Shown here piece after piece: positions 10,326-20,597 of a DNA stretch of 64,000 nt. This stretch comes from Candidatus Saccharimonadota bacterium (GTDB lineage: Bacteria > Patescibacteriota > Saccharimonadia > UBA4664). The position numbers and the translations under genes were made by a program. The number at the start of each line of letters is the position of its first letter. Positions within the stretch are counted from its first letter, which is position 1. The stretch is from the NCBI GenBank assembly GCA_019352195.1, contig JACAFG010000007.1:10046-74045 (forward strand), read 5' to 3'. The notes under the pieces were generated by a model. The model was not told the origin of the DNA. It ran no database searches and saw nothing but the letters and a program-made list of their open reading frames with translations.

Positions 10326-12185
10326 TTAACGCAGCTTGTATAAATAGATACTGTTACCAATTTTTGCCACTGGCGTATGGGCTCGCAAGTAAGCGTAGCC
10401 TGCTGTATTATCGAGAGCCGAATAGTAGCGATCGTTTTCGAGGAAAGTCTCCGAGACGGCGATGTACTGGCCCGTGTAGGGGCCGTTCTGCGAGTGCCAA
10501 GGTACCATGCCGGACTGCGAGCAGTTGTAGCCATCACCGGTAGCGATGAGATGGCCGCTAATATCGTATTTTCGATCGCAGAAGTAATAGTCTGGGCTCC
10601 CACCGCCAAAGTAATCGAGCGCAAAACTAGTAATGTGGTGTGCGGTGGTGTAGTTTTTCAGCTGCACTAAGTCTTGGCCCCAATCGACCCCAGAGTCACT
10701 AAAGTACTTATCCGCATTACCGCCGCCACCGATCAGTTCATTAAAGTACGCGGTATAGGCTGGATAAGCCAAGATAGTGCTGAGGGCGTACCAAAGTGCC
10801 AGCACGGCCAAACTCACGCCTGACCAAGTTGCCCATTTGGTACGCGACAAACGCCGCATGAGACGCATGGTACCCACCGCCACCAGCACAAAGATCGGCA
10901 AATAGATTGGTAAAATGTGCCGAATGCCCAAATTGAGATTGCCCATAACTGACACCACGAAGTAGAAAACGACAAACAAGCCGAGCGTCCACTCAATGAA
11001 GTTGTGCCGCAATGAGGTCGTAAAGCGTATCCACAATTGCCGCAAGCTGCGATGGCCCCGAAACGCTGCTACCAGACCGACAGCCGTTAAAATAACCATG
11101 AGGATCAATAGCGCCACTTGAGTTTTAACCGCAAACAACTCGGGGAAATACAGGTGGTAACTACCGTTTTTTACCATGCCGTTAAAATAGGTCACATTGC
11201 CGCCTTGGACACGGCCAAAGACCATTGCTACACCCAGAAAATACTGGACTAAGGGCCGAGCCACCGCATGCTGAGTCAGGCTCTCCATCAAGCTTGCAAC
11301 CTGCAGGCCAGGTCCGTACGTGAGCGAACCGGCAACCAGGCGCGACTGCACCGCGGCCGGCATATTGATGATATTCGGTATGTAATAGATATAGATCCAG
11401 ACAAGGCTTAACGCTGACGCTCCAAACAGGCCGCCAATGTAGAGTTTCAACCGGGTAGCGCGATCGTGGCCAAGCATGACGAACCCGGCCACAATGGCCA
11501 TGACAAGCAAAAATGGATATAGCAAAACGCCGTTAAACTTCACGAGGTTTGCCACGGCCAGGGCGAGCGACAGCCATAAGACGTTGCGCCCGCTCGGCAC
11601 GCGAATAAACCTCAAGAAGGTCGCAAGCGCTACAAAGATGAAGATCGTCGCGCCTACATCAGTCGTTACGTAGCGGGCATGCGCAATAATATTGGGTGAC
11701 AACGTATAAAAGAGCGTCGCGAGCAGTCCAGCGCCTATACCCCAATGATGCCGAACATAGCGGTATAAGAAAAACGTAAATCCAACCGCGAGCAGCAAAA
11801 TTGGCAGTCGTGCCCAAAACAGAATCTCACTGGCATTATTGCCCATATTGTAAATGAAGTCCCAGCCGGTCTCCCACTGGCCATTCGCAGCCGTCGTCCA
11901 CTCTGAACGATCATTAGGGAACTGAAGACCGAGAAATTGCAATGGCAAACCGGCCAAGTTCTTGATAAGCGGGGGATGTTCCGGGTTTAGCCGGTAATCG
12001 CCAAAATGATCGTACGAGTAGGCGGCTGGAATGTGAGCTACCTCATCTACGATGGCCGACTCACCGACCATACTGGTAATACCAAGGCCAAACATGAGTA
12101 TGGCCAGCGCCGATACAATAAACCAATCATATTCGCGAGCAAGGATTGCCAGGGTTGTTGTGATACGATGATAGCGCGACGGCAC
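10326..12185 (-). CDS. GT39/PMT-family membrane glycosyltransferase (ArnT-like)
   Basis: 619 aa; many TM helices; first-loop DE motif (VDEVAHIP) typical of PMT/ArnT GT-C enzymes; convergent with GT2 gene. Confidence 0.7.
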   Translation of the reverse strand: MPSRYHRITTTLAILAREYDWFIVSALAILMFGLGITSMVGESAIVDEVAHIPAAYSYDHFGDYRLNPEHPPLIKNLAGLPLQFLGLQFPNDRSEWTTAANGQWETGWDFIYNMGNNASEILFWARLPILLLAVGFTFFLYRYVRHHWGIGAGLLATLFYTLSPNIIAHARYVTTDVGATIFIFVALATFLRFIRVPSGRNVLWLSLALAVANLVKFNGVLLYPFLLVMAIVAGFVMLGHDRATRLKLYIGGLFGASALSLVWIYIYYIPNIINMPAAVQSRLVAGSLTYGPGLQVASLMESLTQHAVARPLVQYFLGVAMVFGRVQGGNVTYFNGMVKNGSYHLYFPELFAVKTQVALLILMVILTAVGLVAAFRGHRSLRQLWIRFTTSLRHNFIEWTLGLFVVFYFVVSVMGNLNLGIRHILPIYLPIFVLVAVGTMRLMRRLSRTKWATWSGVSLAVLALWYALSTILAYPAYTAYFNELIGGGGNADKYFSDSGVDWGQDLVQLKNYTTAHHITSFALDYFGGGSPDYYFCDRKYDISGHLIATGDGYNCSQSGMVPWHSQNGPYTGQYIAVSETFLENDRYYSALDNTAGYAYLRAHTPVAKIGNSIYLYKLR

Positions 12186-12257
12186 GGGTAAATTCCTCTG
12201 ATTACGTCAATCTTAGCATAAGAAGTTTATCTGCGGCCCTATATTAAGGAGACAATC

Positions 12258-12545
12258 ATGTTTGAAAAAGCCAAAGCCATTAATGAGCTGCGCAAAATTC
12301 AATCGGCGCTTGCTAAAGAAATTATTAAAATCGAAACCGGCAATGGCGCGGTTAAAGTGACGATCAACGGCGCTCAGGAAATTAAGAAGGTAACGCTTGA
12401 TGAAGCTATCGTGCGCGAGGCAGACATCGCCAAACTCGAAAAGTGGATCGAAAGCGGCGTATCACAGGCCATTACCAAGAGTCAGCAACTCGCTGCCGAA
12501 AAAATGAAAGCCATTTCTGGCGGACTCGGCATCCCCGGCCTCTAG
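12258..12545 (+). CDS. ybaB: YbaB/EbfC nucleoid-associated protein
   Basis: 95 aa; conserved YbaB sequence; directly upstream of recR as in the canonical dnaX-ybaB-recR neighbourhood. Confidence 0.85.
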   Translation: MFEKAKAINELRKIQSALAKEIIKIETGNGAVKVTINGAQEIKKVTLDEAIVREADIAKLEKWIESGVSQAITKSQQLAAEKMKAISGGLGIPGL

Positions 12546-12597
12546 CGTCATCGCCTAGGACTACACTCGGCCAATGGTTACCTGATAAGATAGTTAT

Positions 12598-13197
12598 ATG
12601 CGCATTGTGCCACGATCAGTTGAGACGCTCATTGAAGAGCTGAGCCGTTTGCCCGGGGTTGGTCCGCGAACCGCCGAGCGATTGGCCTTCCATATTCTCA
12701 AAAGTGACGCCGCCAAGGCGGCTGCCTTAGGTACGGCCGTCAGCGAACTGCACCTCAGTGTCCGCGGCTGCACGCAGTGCCACAATTTTGCCGAAGACGA
12801 ACTGTGCGCTGTTTGCCAATCTCCCGAGCGCGAGCAAACCGTCCTAGCCGTTGTGGAAGAGCCATTTGACGTGGTGGCAATCGAAAAAACCGGGCAATAC
12901 CACGGTTTGTATCACGTTTTAGGCGGCGTCATTTCACCGATTGACGGCTACGGGCCGGCCCAGCTCGAAATTGCCAGCCTAATTCAACGGGTCACAAACG
13001 GCACTATTACTGAAGTTATTTTGGCCACCAATCCATCACTCGAAGGTGAATCGACCGCGATGTATATTCGCCAGCAGCTGGAGGCGTCCGGCGTTAAACT
13101 CACGCGTCTGGCGCGCGGACTGCCGGTTGGTGGCGACCTTGAATACGCCGACCAAGTAACGCTTGGTCGCGCTTTACAAGGACGCCAGAGCTTCTAG
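12598..13197 (+). CDS. recR: recombination protein RecR
   Basis: 199 aa; HhH (LPGVGPRTAERLAFHIL), C4 zinc finger (CTQCHNF...CAVC), Toprim domain. Confidence 0.92.
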   Translation: MRIVPRSVETLIEELSRLPGVGPRTAERLAFHILKSDAAKAAALGTAVSELHLSVRGCTQCHNFAEDELCAVCQSPEREQTVLAVVEEPFDVVAIEKTGQYHGLYHVLGGVISPIDGYGPAQLEIASLIQRVTNGTITEVILATNPSLEGESTAMYIRQQLEASGVKLTRLARGLPVGGDLEYADQVTLGRALQGRQSF

Positions 13198-13300
13198 ATG
13201 ATTCGGCCCTCCAGAAACCAATAAGATTGAAGTGGCAAGTACCTCGGCGTCTAGCCGCGAGCTAGGCCAGATTAACCTCATAACGTACAATAGAACCACT

Positions 13301-14305
13301 ATGACCGAACTAGAAGCCAATATTGCTAAATTTAAAGACCTCGTCGATGGCGCCAAGACTATTTTGGTGCTGCAACCAGACAGCCCCGACGGCGACAGCT
13401 TTGGCTCCGCTTTGGCGCTAGAGGAGATTTTTGGTGAGCTCGGCAAAAACGTAGTCTTGTTTTCGTATAAGGAGCCCGAGCCTTACTTGCGTATCCACGA
13501 AGGCTGGGACCGAGTAGCGCAAGATATGCCCAAGCAGTTTGATCTAACCGTGCTCGTCGACACAGGATCGCCCAAACTCATTAAGTCGACTCTGGAGCAC
13601 CACGCGACCGCCCTCATGGCCAAGCCCATGGTGGTTATCGATCACCACGCGTCCCGGCAAGATTTTGGTTTTACCACCATCGATATTGCCGACACCTCGG
13701 TGGCGACTGCCGAGCTCATAATGCAGCTGTGTCTCGATTTTGACTGGACGGTTAATACCTCGGCTGCCGTAAAGTTAGCGACCGCGCTACTTAGCGATTC
13801 GCTTGGTCTGACTACTTCTGGCACCACCTACCGCAGCGTTGCCATGTATGCCGAATGTATCAAGCGTGGTGCCAGCCCTAGCGAACTTAGTCGCCTCCAC
13901 CGCGAGGTATCAGCTCTAGAGCCAACCCAGGTCCATCTCAAAGGCCAATTACTCAGTTCCATCGAATACGTTTGTGATGGGGAACTGGCCATTGCCGAAA
14001 TCACCCCCGACGTTGTGGCCGATAATAAGGACAAATTCGAACCCTATAATATGATTATTAGCGAGATGCAGTGGACCAAAGGCGTCAAACTGGCCGCGGT
14101 CTTCAAAAATTATGGCACCAAGGTAAGCGTGCCATTGCGCTCAACGAACGAATCGGCGGCGCCAATTGCAGCCAAATTTGACGGCGGCGGTCATCCGAAT
14201 GCCAGTGCTTACCGAACTACCACTACCGATATAGCTGCCGAAAAAGCCAAGTTAATCGCGGCCTACGAGGCTTACCGAAAGGAGACAACCGTTGAAGCTG
14301 ACTAA
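13301..14305 (+). CDS. DHH-family phosphoesterase (NrnA-like oligoribonuclease/pAp phosphatase)
   Basis: IDHH motif (VVIDHHAS), DHHA1-like C-terminus (GGGHPNASA); start moved to ATG 13301 (MTELEAN) from ORF-track start 13232. Confidence 0.75.
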   Translation: MTELEANIAKFKDLVDGAKTILVLQPDSPDGDSFGSALALEEIFGELGKNVVLFSYKEPEPYLRIHEGWDRVAQDMPKQFDLTVLVDTGSPKLIKSTLEHHATALMAKPMVVIDHHASRQDFGFTTIDIADTSVATAELIMQLCLDFDWTVNTSAAVKLATALLSDSLGLTTSGTTYRSVAMYAECIKRGASPSELSRLHREVSALEPTQVHLKGQLLSSIEYVCDGELAIAEITPDVVADNKDKFEPYNMIISEMQWTKGVKLAAVFKNYGTKVSVPLRSTNESAAPIAAKFDGGGHPNASAYRTTTTDIAAEKAKLIAAYEAYRKETTVEAD

Positions 14306-15728
14306 TACCCTCACAAGTAAGCACACCGAATTAAGCGAGCTTGGGCTAAATCCTGGCGACACTGTCACGCTTTATTCCTGCGGCCCCACCGTCTATAACC
14401 ATGTTCATATCGGCAATTTGCGAACTTTCATTGCCGATGATATGTTGCGCCGCAACCTGATTGCGGCTGGATACAAGGTAAATGCCGTGATGAACATTAC
14501 CGATGTCGACGATAAAACCATCGCCAAAAGCCAGACCGAACATCCGGATTTAGGCCCAATGGAGGCGCTCATCGAAACAACGCGCGCCTACGAAGCAATC
14601 TTTATGAGCGACTTGGCCGCCGTCGGAGTTGATACGAGTATCTTCACTATTGTTCGGGCGACGGAGCAAATTGGACCGATGCAAGCCATGATCGCAGACA
14701 TTATGAAGCACGGTTTCGCCTATATTGCCGAAGGTTCGGTTTATTTTGATCTAGCCAAGTACCAAGCTGCGGGTAATACCTACGGCCAGCTCATCAACGT
14801 CGACTTTTCGCCGCAAGCTCGCGTCGACAACGATGAGTATGATAAAAACGAAGCCCGTGATTTTGTTTTGTGGAAAGGCATGAAAGAGGGCGAGCCTTTT
14901 TGGGAGTTTGCGTTAGACGGTCACGATTTACCGGGCCGTCCGGGCTGGCACATTGAATGCTCCGCCATGGCCCTAGCCAATCTGCATACTCAACCAATTA
15001 CCATTCACTCAGGCGGCATCGACCTGAAGTTTCCGCACCACGAAAACGAAATCGCGCAAACTATTGGTGCTACCGGCCAACCGTTTACCCAAATCTTTAC
15101 GCATCATGGTCACTTGTTCGTCGACGGCCGTAAAATGAGTAAAAGTCTAGATAATTTCTACACGCTTGAAGATATTGTCGCCGAAGGCTACCATCCGCTG
15201 GCTTTTCGACTTCTCACCCTGCAGGCGTCCCATACTTCCGAGCTTAACTTCAGCTGGGATTCACTCGACGCGGCCCAAAATAGCCTTGGCAGTTTATATG
15301 GCTGGGCCGATCTGCGCCATCAAACCAATTTGAGCGAGCTCCGCTTTGAGCCATCCGTCATTGATGACACGCTTGACCATATGACGCAGGCACTCGCTGA
15401 CGATCTAAGTTCGACAGCCGCGTTAGCCGTGCTATACCGCTTTGTGGCAGAGCTTGCCCCTGGCATGCGTTATGACGAAGAGGATAGCGCCGAGCTGTTT
15501 GGTCGCATCGATGCCTTGCTCGGACTGGGACTCAGCGACCGCTCCGATATCAACGCCGATCAAAAAAAACTCATTGCCGAGCGTCAAACCGCACGCGAAG
15601 CCAAGGATTACGCCGCTTCAGATCGTTTTCGTGCTCAGCTCGAGCGTCGAGGTCTCGAAATTAGCGACACGCCCAACGGCCCGCGTTGGCGCCGCCTCGA
15701 ACTCACTAAGCCAGAGAAAATAAATTAG
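14292..15728 (+). CDS. cysS: cysteine--tRNA ligase
   Basis: 478 aa; HIGN and KMSKS class I motifs, CysRS-type sequence. Confidence 0.92.
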   Translation: MKLTNTLTSKHTELSELGLNPGDTVTLYSCGPTVYNHVHIGNLRTFIADDMLRRNLIAAGYKVNAVMNITDVDDKTIAKSQTEHPDLGPMEALIETTRAYEAIFMSDLAAVGVDTSIFTIVRATEQIGPMQAMIADIMKHGFAYIAEGSVYFDLAKYQAAGNTYGQLINVDFSPQARVDNDEYDKNEARDFVLWKGMKEGEPFWEFALDGHDLPGRPGWHIECSAMALANLHTQPITIHSGGIDLKFPHHENEIAQTIGATGQPFTQIFTHHGHLFVDGRKMSKSLDNFYTLEDIVAEGYHPLAFRLLTLQASHTSELNFSWDSLDAAQNSLGSLYGWADLRHQTNLSELRFEPSVIDDTLDHMTQALADDLSSTAALAVLYRFVAELAPGMRYDEEDSAELFGRIDALLGLGLSDRSDINADQKKLIAERQTAREAKDYAASDRFRAQLERRGLEISDTPNGPRWRRLELTKPEKIN

Positions 15729-15737
15729 GACCAGACT

Positions 15738-17516
15738 ATGAAAGACCTCATCAAAATCATCCGCTATTCATGGGATCTCAAGCGCTACTACATTCCAACC
15801 ATCATTTTGGTAATCGTCTCGACGGTTATAGGCCTGGTATCACCATTTCTAACGAAACGTATCGTCGATGGTCTCACCCAAATGGCCGCCGGTCATCCGC
15901 CAGCGCACAGTTTTTATGTTTGGCCGATTGTCGGACTGCTTGGTATTGGTATCGCCGTTGCCGTTATATCGAATATCCAGGGCTACATTGGCGATCAATT
16001 GGGTGCCAAGCTTAATACGCTCCTCTCTACCCGTTACTACCGCCACATCTTGCAATTGCCCCTGGAGTACTACGACAACGAGGTTGCCGGCAAAATTACC
16101 AACCGTCTCGAACGCAGTATCACTACCATTAGTCAGCTCATTACGGCCTTTGCCAACAACTTTGTCGGCATGATCTTGGGTGTCGTGCTCTCGCTCGCCG
16201 TTATCGCCTACTATGCGTGGCCAGTGGCGCTGCTCTTGGCGCTGCTCTTTCCACTCTACATTTGGCTGACTTCGCTCTCTAGTAAACGCTGGCAGACCTA
16301 TCAAGAGGGTATTAATACTGATATGGATATTAATAACGGTCGCTTTATCGAAGCGGTTAACCAAATCCGGGTAGTGAAGAGCTTTGTCCAAGAAATTACC
16401 GAGGGTAACTTCTTTGCCGGTAAGCGTCATGCTATCGAGCGCGAAACCAAAGCTCAATCGCTTGGCTGGCACTGGTACGACACGGCCCGCCGAGCTGGGC
16501 TGGCGGTTATATTTGCGCTCATTTATGTCTACATTACCTGGGCTGCAGTGACCGGTCGCTTGTCGATCGGCCAGCTCGTGCTATTGCTGCAGCTGATAAT
16601 TACCGTCCAATTCCCCTTGGGCGCGAGCTCGTTTATTGTCGATAATCTCCAGCGCGCTCAAGCCGGCTCGCGTGATTTTTTTGGTGTTATGGACACCAAA
16701 CCAACGATTGTTGATGAACCGGGCGCCGGTAGCCTCACCGTTACCAAGGGCGAAGTGGCTTTCTCTGACATCAAGTTTGCCTACGGCGACGGTCAAGTGG
16801 TGCTTAACGACATTAGCTTTACTGTAAAACATGGTACTAAATTGGCGCTCGTGGGGGAGAGTGGGCAGGGTAAAACGACCATTTCCAACTTGCTACTGCG
16901 CTTATATCATCTTGATGGCGGCAAAATCATCATCGATGGCCAAGATATCGCAAAAGTCAGCCAAAGCTCTCTCCGCGAGGCTATCGGAGTGGTATTTCAG
17001 GAGCCAGCGCTCTTTAGTGGCACGGTTCGCGATAACATCGCTTACGGCACACCAAAGGCCTCACTCGAAGCCATTAAGCAGGCAGCTGCGGCCGCCAATG
17101 CCGATGGTTTCATTGATAAATTGCCGCACGGCTTTGACACCGAAATCGGTGAACGCGGCGTGAAGCTATCGGGCGGCCAGCGCCAACGACTGGCTATTGC
17201 CCGCGCCATCCTCAAAGACGCCCCGATCCTCATTCTAGACGAGGCCACCAGCTCGCTCGACTCGAAAGCCGAGGCTGAAGTGCAGTCAGCCCTTGATCAA
17301 CTTATGAAGGGGCGTACTACGCTGATTATTGCCCACCGCCTCTCAACCATTGCTCGCGTCGACATGATTGTTGGTCTCAAAGACGGGCGCGTTTTGGAGC
17401 AGGGGACTCCGGACGAGCTCGCTCACGGTAAAGGCATCTACTCTGAACTTCTGGCGTTACAAAACCCGACTGAAGACAACAAGAAGAAACTCGCCAAGTA
17501 CGAAATGGCTGGCTAA
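15738..17516 (+). CDS. ABC transporter permease/ATPase fusion (MsbA-like exporter)
   Basis: 592 aa; 6-TM domain followed by Walker A GESGQGKTT, signature LSGGQRQRLAIARA, Walker B ILILDEATS. Confidence 0.88.
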   Translation: MKDLIKIIRYSWDLKRYYIPTIILVIVSTVIGLVSPFLTKRIVDGLTQMAAGHPPAHSFYVWPIVGLLGIGIAVAVISNIQGYIGDQLGAKLNTLLSTRYYRHILQLPLEYYDNEVAGKITNRLERSITTISQLITAFANNFVGMILGVVLSLAVIAYYAWPVALLLALLFPLYIWLTSLSSKRWQTYQEGINTDMDINNGRFIEAVNQIRVVKSFVQEITEGNFFAGKRHAIERETKAQSLGWHWYDTARRAGLAVIFALIYVYITWAAVTGRLSIGQLVLLLQLIITVQFPLGASSFIVDNLQRAQAGSRDFFGVMDTKPTIVDEPGAGSLTVTKGEVAFSDIKFAYGDGQVVLNDISFTVKHGTKLALVGESGQGKTTISNLLLRLYHLDGGKIIIDGQDIAKVSQSSLREAIGVVFQEPALFSGTVRDNIAYGTPKASLEAIKQAAAAANADGFIDKLPHGFDTEIGERGVKLSGGQRQRLAIARAILKDAPILILDEATSSLDSKAEAEVQSALDQLMKGRTTLIIAHRLSTIARVDMIVGLKDGRVLEQGTPDELAHGKGIYSELLALQNPTEDNKKKLAKYEMAG

Positions 17517-17601
17517 ACGGAATGCTACCGCGATAGATGCAACGTAATCAAGGGTTGTCGCTAGTCTGCCTCCAGTCCAGGCGCTGTCTAGCTAATGCTT
17601 A

Positions 17602-18642
17602 CTAAGCCTGGTGTTCTTTGTGCAAATAGTTATCGACGTAGTCGCGGATAAGAATCTGGAGGCTCGCGGCAATTGGAATAGCTACCAAGGCTCCCAAAAT
17701 GCCGCCGATGGCCGCACCCATAATAATGGCGATTAGGACGGTTAGGGGAGTAACCTCAACGGTTTTGCCATAAATGACTGGTTGCAGGACATGATTTTCG
17801 ACCTGCTGGTAGATGAGGAAGAAGACTACCACGATGATACCGGCGACGGTTGAAGTAAAGAACGCTACCAGTATTACGATTACGGCCCCAATAGTCGCGC
17901 CTACCAACGGGATCAGATCTGCAATCGCTACCATCAGACCAAGCGGGATAGCGTACGGCACACCCATAATAGTTAAGATAACCGCTGTCGCAACGGCCGC
18001 AATGAGGCTTGTAAGCAAGTTACCGTTCACGTAGCCCGATACTGCCCGGTACATATGCGCCACCAGGTCTTTACTGTGCGCACGACGGTTTGGTGGCACG
18101 AGTTTCCAAAACGATTCAATCCAACGCGGCCCTTCCATCATCATGAATACGCTTAGGACCAAGATGGTGGTAGCGGCGGCCAAACTAGCGAATAAGCCTT
18201 TGAAAAAGCCGTAAAATGAGCCGCCAGCTGATGACACATAATGCGTAATCTGGTCTTGGCTCGCGCGCACGCGGTCAACGAGGTTGTAGTGGCGAATTTG
18301 ATCGCTTATGAAGTTGTGGCCGTTGACCAGCTGGTTGGCAAAGTTAGGTACGCTGTCGGCCAACGACTGCGTTTGGCTGACCATTGGCGGAACGAAGCTA
18401 AAGATCAGAAATGCCACCACTGCCGCACCAATCAGCCCCACTACGGTGATGGCGGATCCTCGGCTTTTACGAGGCATGTATTGGCTGAGGCCATCAACCG
18501 CCGGGTTTAGCGCCACCGCCAGGAAAAAGGCTGTCCCAATCCAGATGAGCGCCGTCCGCGCCTTATAGACCAGAACCAACCCCACCATAAACAAAACCGT
18601 TAGGCTCAGAACTTTTACGATGCTACGGCTAGATATCTTCAT
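17602..18642 (-). CDS. AI-2E family transporter (PerM-like)
   Basis: 346 aa; 7-8 TM architecture and typical AI-2E sequence. Confidence 0.8.
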   Translation of the reverse strand: MKISSRSIVKVLSLTVLFMVGLVLVYKARTALIWIGTAFFLAVALNPAVDGLSQYMPRKSRGSAITVVGLIGAAVVAFLIFSFVPPMVSQTQSLADSVPNFANQLVNGHNFISDQIRHYNLVDRVRASQDQITHYVSSAGGSFYGFFKGLFASLAAATTILVLSVFMMMEGPRWIESFWKLVPPNRRAHSKDLVAHMYRAVSGYVNGNLLTSLIAAVATAVILTIMGVPYAIPLGLMVAIADLIPLVGATIGAVIVILVAFFTSTVAGIIVVVFFLIYQQVENHVLQPVIYGKTVEVTPLTVLIAIIMGAAIGGILGALVAIPIAASLQILIRDYVDNYLHKEHQA

Positions 18643-18679
18643 TACCTATTTATAGCTTGCCTTGGCGGTAACAGCAAAC

Positions 18680-20356
18680 TTAATCATTCATAAGCGAGTT
18701 AATGGCCAGAATCGTACGGGTCAGGCCAGCCGCCCCGCGCTCATAGACGAGAAAACGCGGCTCCCAACGTGGCTCAAATTTGTTCTTAAACCGGCGCAGG
18801 CCTTCGTATGAAAAACCGCCGACCCCGAAGCGCCCCGCTAACGCAATGACGCGCTCTTCAAGCGTTTGTTCTGGTCGATTACCAACGCCGGCCAGTGGCG
18901 CCAGCCCGAGACTAAACTCAGCGATGCCGCCTTCGTATAAACTCAAGATGATTTCAGCCAGCAAATAATCCATAACTCCGGTTTCAGTGTTCGGCAGGTA
19001 GCGCATCAAATCAATGGTCGACTGGCGCTCATTGTAAGAGGGGATGGCATTGGCAAACGCTACCAAGCGACCTTTGTCGTTACGCACTAAATAGAGCGTA
19101 TTACGTCTCAAGTATGCTTTGTCATGATAGCCGAGTGCAAAGCCACGTTCGGACCGTCCACCTTCACTCAGCCAACCTTTCGTGACAATCGCCGCCTCAG
19201 CTAAAACTTTAGGCGACTGAGGCGCGTTTGCCACCTCGAAACTGTAGCCGAGGCGTTTGAATTTATTAACCACTCCGCGAAAATGCTTAGAACGCACAGT
19301 TTCAGTGGCGAACGTAGCAGTATCTACCACCGCATCCTCACCGATTTTAAGGACCCTCAGCTTAGCCGCCTCAAAGATGTCGAGGTGATCATCCGGCAAA
19401 TAAATATGCGTTACCGTCCAGTCATGCAGATGACAAAACTGTTTGAAGCTATCAATAAGCTCGCCCCAGGCTGCAACCGGCCCAATCGGCTCGCCCAGTA
19501 CCATAGCCGTTCCATGATCAACGCAGTAAGCCACCATGGCGGTTCCCTCAGTGTTAAAGAAAAAGGTCTTATCTTCGGGCCATAGTTTAAATTCATCCTC
19601 ACTGGAAGTGCCGTACTCAGTAATAAGGTCACGAGCTCGGTCACGCTCCTGCGGCAGGGTAGCATAGCGATAGACGAGTGGCCGAAACAGGCTGTAGAAC
19701 GCAAAGGCAATGCTCAAACCCCCGAGCAAGTCGAGTGAGGTAATAAACCATTTGGCACGGTGGCTATGTGGCGACAGTGCCGGATCATCAACCAGCGAAA
19801 ACTGTCCGAGAGTTAACTTGGCTCCCTCAGCAAGGCCGACATGATGCGGGCTCGTAAAATCTCTTGGGGCCAAGCGAGTAAAGCCAATGCTGCCATACAG
19901 TAACGCCACCAGCAAACTAAGACTTAACAGCCCCGTCCCCTGAGCCACGCTGTGAAGCTCGTATTTCACTACGAATAAATGCTCAAATAATGCCAGAAGT
20001 ATTAGTGACAAAACGGGCAAAATAAGGGCGGTTAAATTTTGGGCATAGACGGCGTGTCCAATAACGATAATGCTCGAACCGACAAACGCCACCCACCACG
20101 CTAGGCGCTTACGGAGTAGCAGCTGGCTCGCAAAATAAATCAGTAAAAAACCAGCAAATAAGCCAAAAAAACGACCATACAGATCGTAGTCAAACGGGAA
20201 AAACATTTCTACCCGACTTGGCAGGCGACTATATAAGACAGCCAGAATCGCGAACAAACCATTTAAGAAGACAATGCCGGCTACGAGGCGAACGGGCCAG
20301 TTGCGCCAACGCGCGGATGGACGTACGGCGGTGTAATCTAGAATGGTCGAATCCAT
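18680..20356 (-). CDS. MprF-like protein with C-terminal DUF2156 (phosphatidylglycerol lysyltransferase-type) domain
   Basis: N-terminal TM region plus C-terminal LPG-synthase-like domain; ORF-track start 20545 trimmed to ATG at 20356 because the extension is antisense to tRNA-Gln. Confidence 0.65.
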   Translation of the reverse strand: MDSTILDYTAVRPSARWRNWPVRLVAGIVFLNGLFAILAVLYSRLPSRVEMFFPFDYDLYGRFFGLFAGFLLIYFASQLLLRKRLAWWVAFVGSSIIVIGHAVYAQNLTALILPVLSLILLALFEHLFVVKYELHSVAQGTGLLSLSLLVALLYGSIGFTRLAPRDFTSPHHVGLAEGAKLTLGQFSLVDDPALSPHSHRAKWFITSLDLLGGLSIAFAFYSLFRPLVYRYATLPQERDRARDLITEYGTSSEDEFKLWPEDKTFFFNTEGTAMVAYCVDHGTAMVLGEPIGPVAAWGELIDSFKQFCHLHDWTVTHIYLPDDHLDIFEAAKLRVLKIGEDAVVDTATFATETVRSKHFRGVVNKFKRLGYSFEVANAPQSPKVLAEAAIVTKGWLSEGGRSERGFALGYHDKAYLRRNTLYLVRNDKGRLVAFANAIPSYNERQSTIDLMRYLPNTETGVMDYLLAEIILSLYEGGIAEFSLGLAPLAGVGNRPEQTLEERVIALAGRFGVGGFSYEGLRRFKNKFEPRWEPRFLVYERGAAGLTRTILAINSLMND

Positions 20357-20466
20357 TGCTCTATTGTAACGTAAGCTTATTGATTGACGCGAATATCTTG
20401 GCACTAGTGCCCTGCTTGAGGTAAAATAACCAAGCTTGACTCGGCTGAAACGCCGAACAACATATT

Positions 20467-20540
20467 GGGGCGTGGCCAAGTGGTAAGGCAACGGTTTTTG
20501 GTGCCGTGCACCGTAGGTTCGAATCCTACCGCCCCAGCCA
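20467..20540 (+). tRNA. tRNA-Gln (anticodon UUG)
   Basis: 74 nt; cloverleaf folds by eye; anticodon loop TTTTGGT reads UUG; T-arm GTAGG-TTCGAAT-CCTAC; ends CCA. Confidence 0.85.
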
Positions 20541-20597
20541 GCCATTATTTTCGAACTTCGAGAGGCTTAATAGCCTCTCTTTGTGTAAGATAGCACC

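Noticed and set aside
15849-16472. 207-aa minus-strand ORF inside the ABC exporter gene
   Set aside because: Antisense to a gene with clear Walker/signature motifs.
20357-20545. N-terminal 63-aa extension of the MprF-like ORF (track ORF 18680-20545, starting MAGWGGRIRTYGAR...)
   Set aside because: The extension is the reverse complement of tRNA-Gln (GWGGRIRT is the antisense of the T-arm). The real start is the ATG at 20356 (MDSTIL...).
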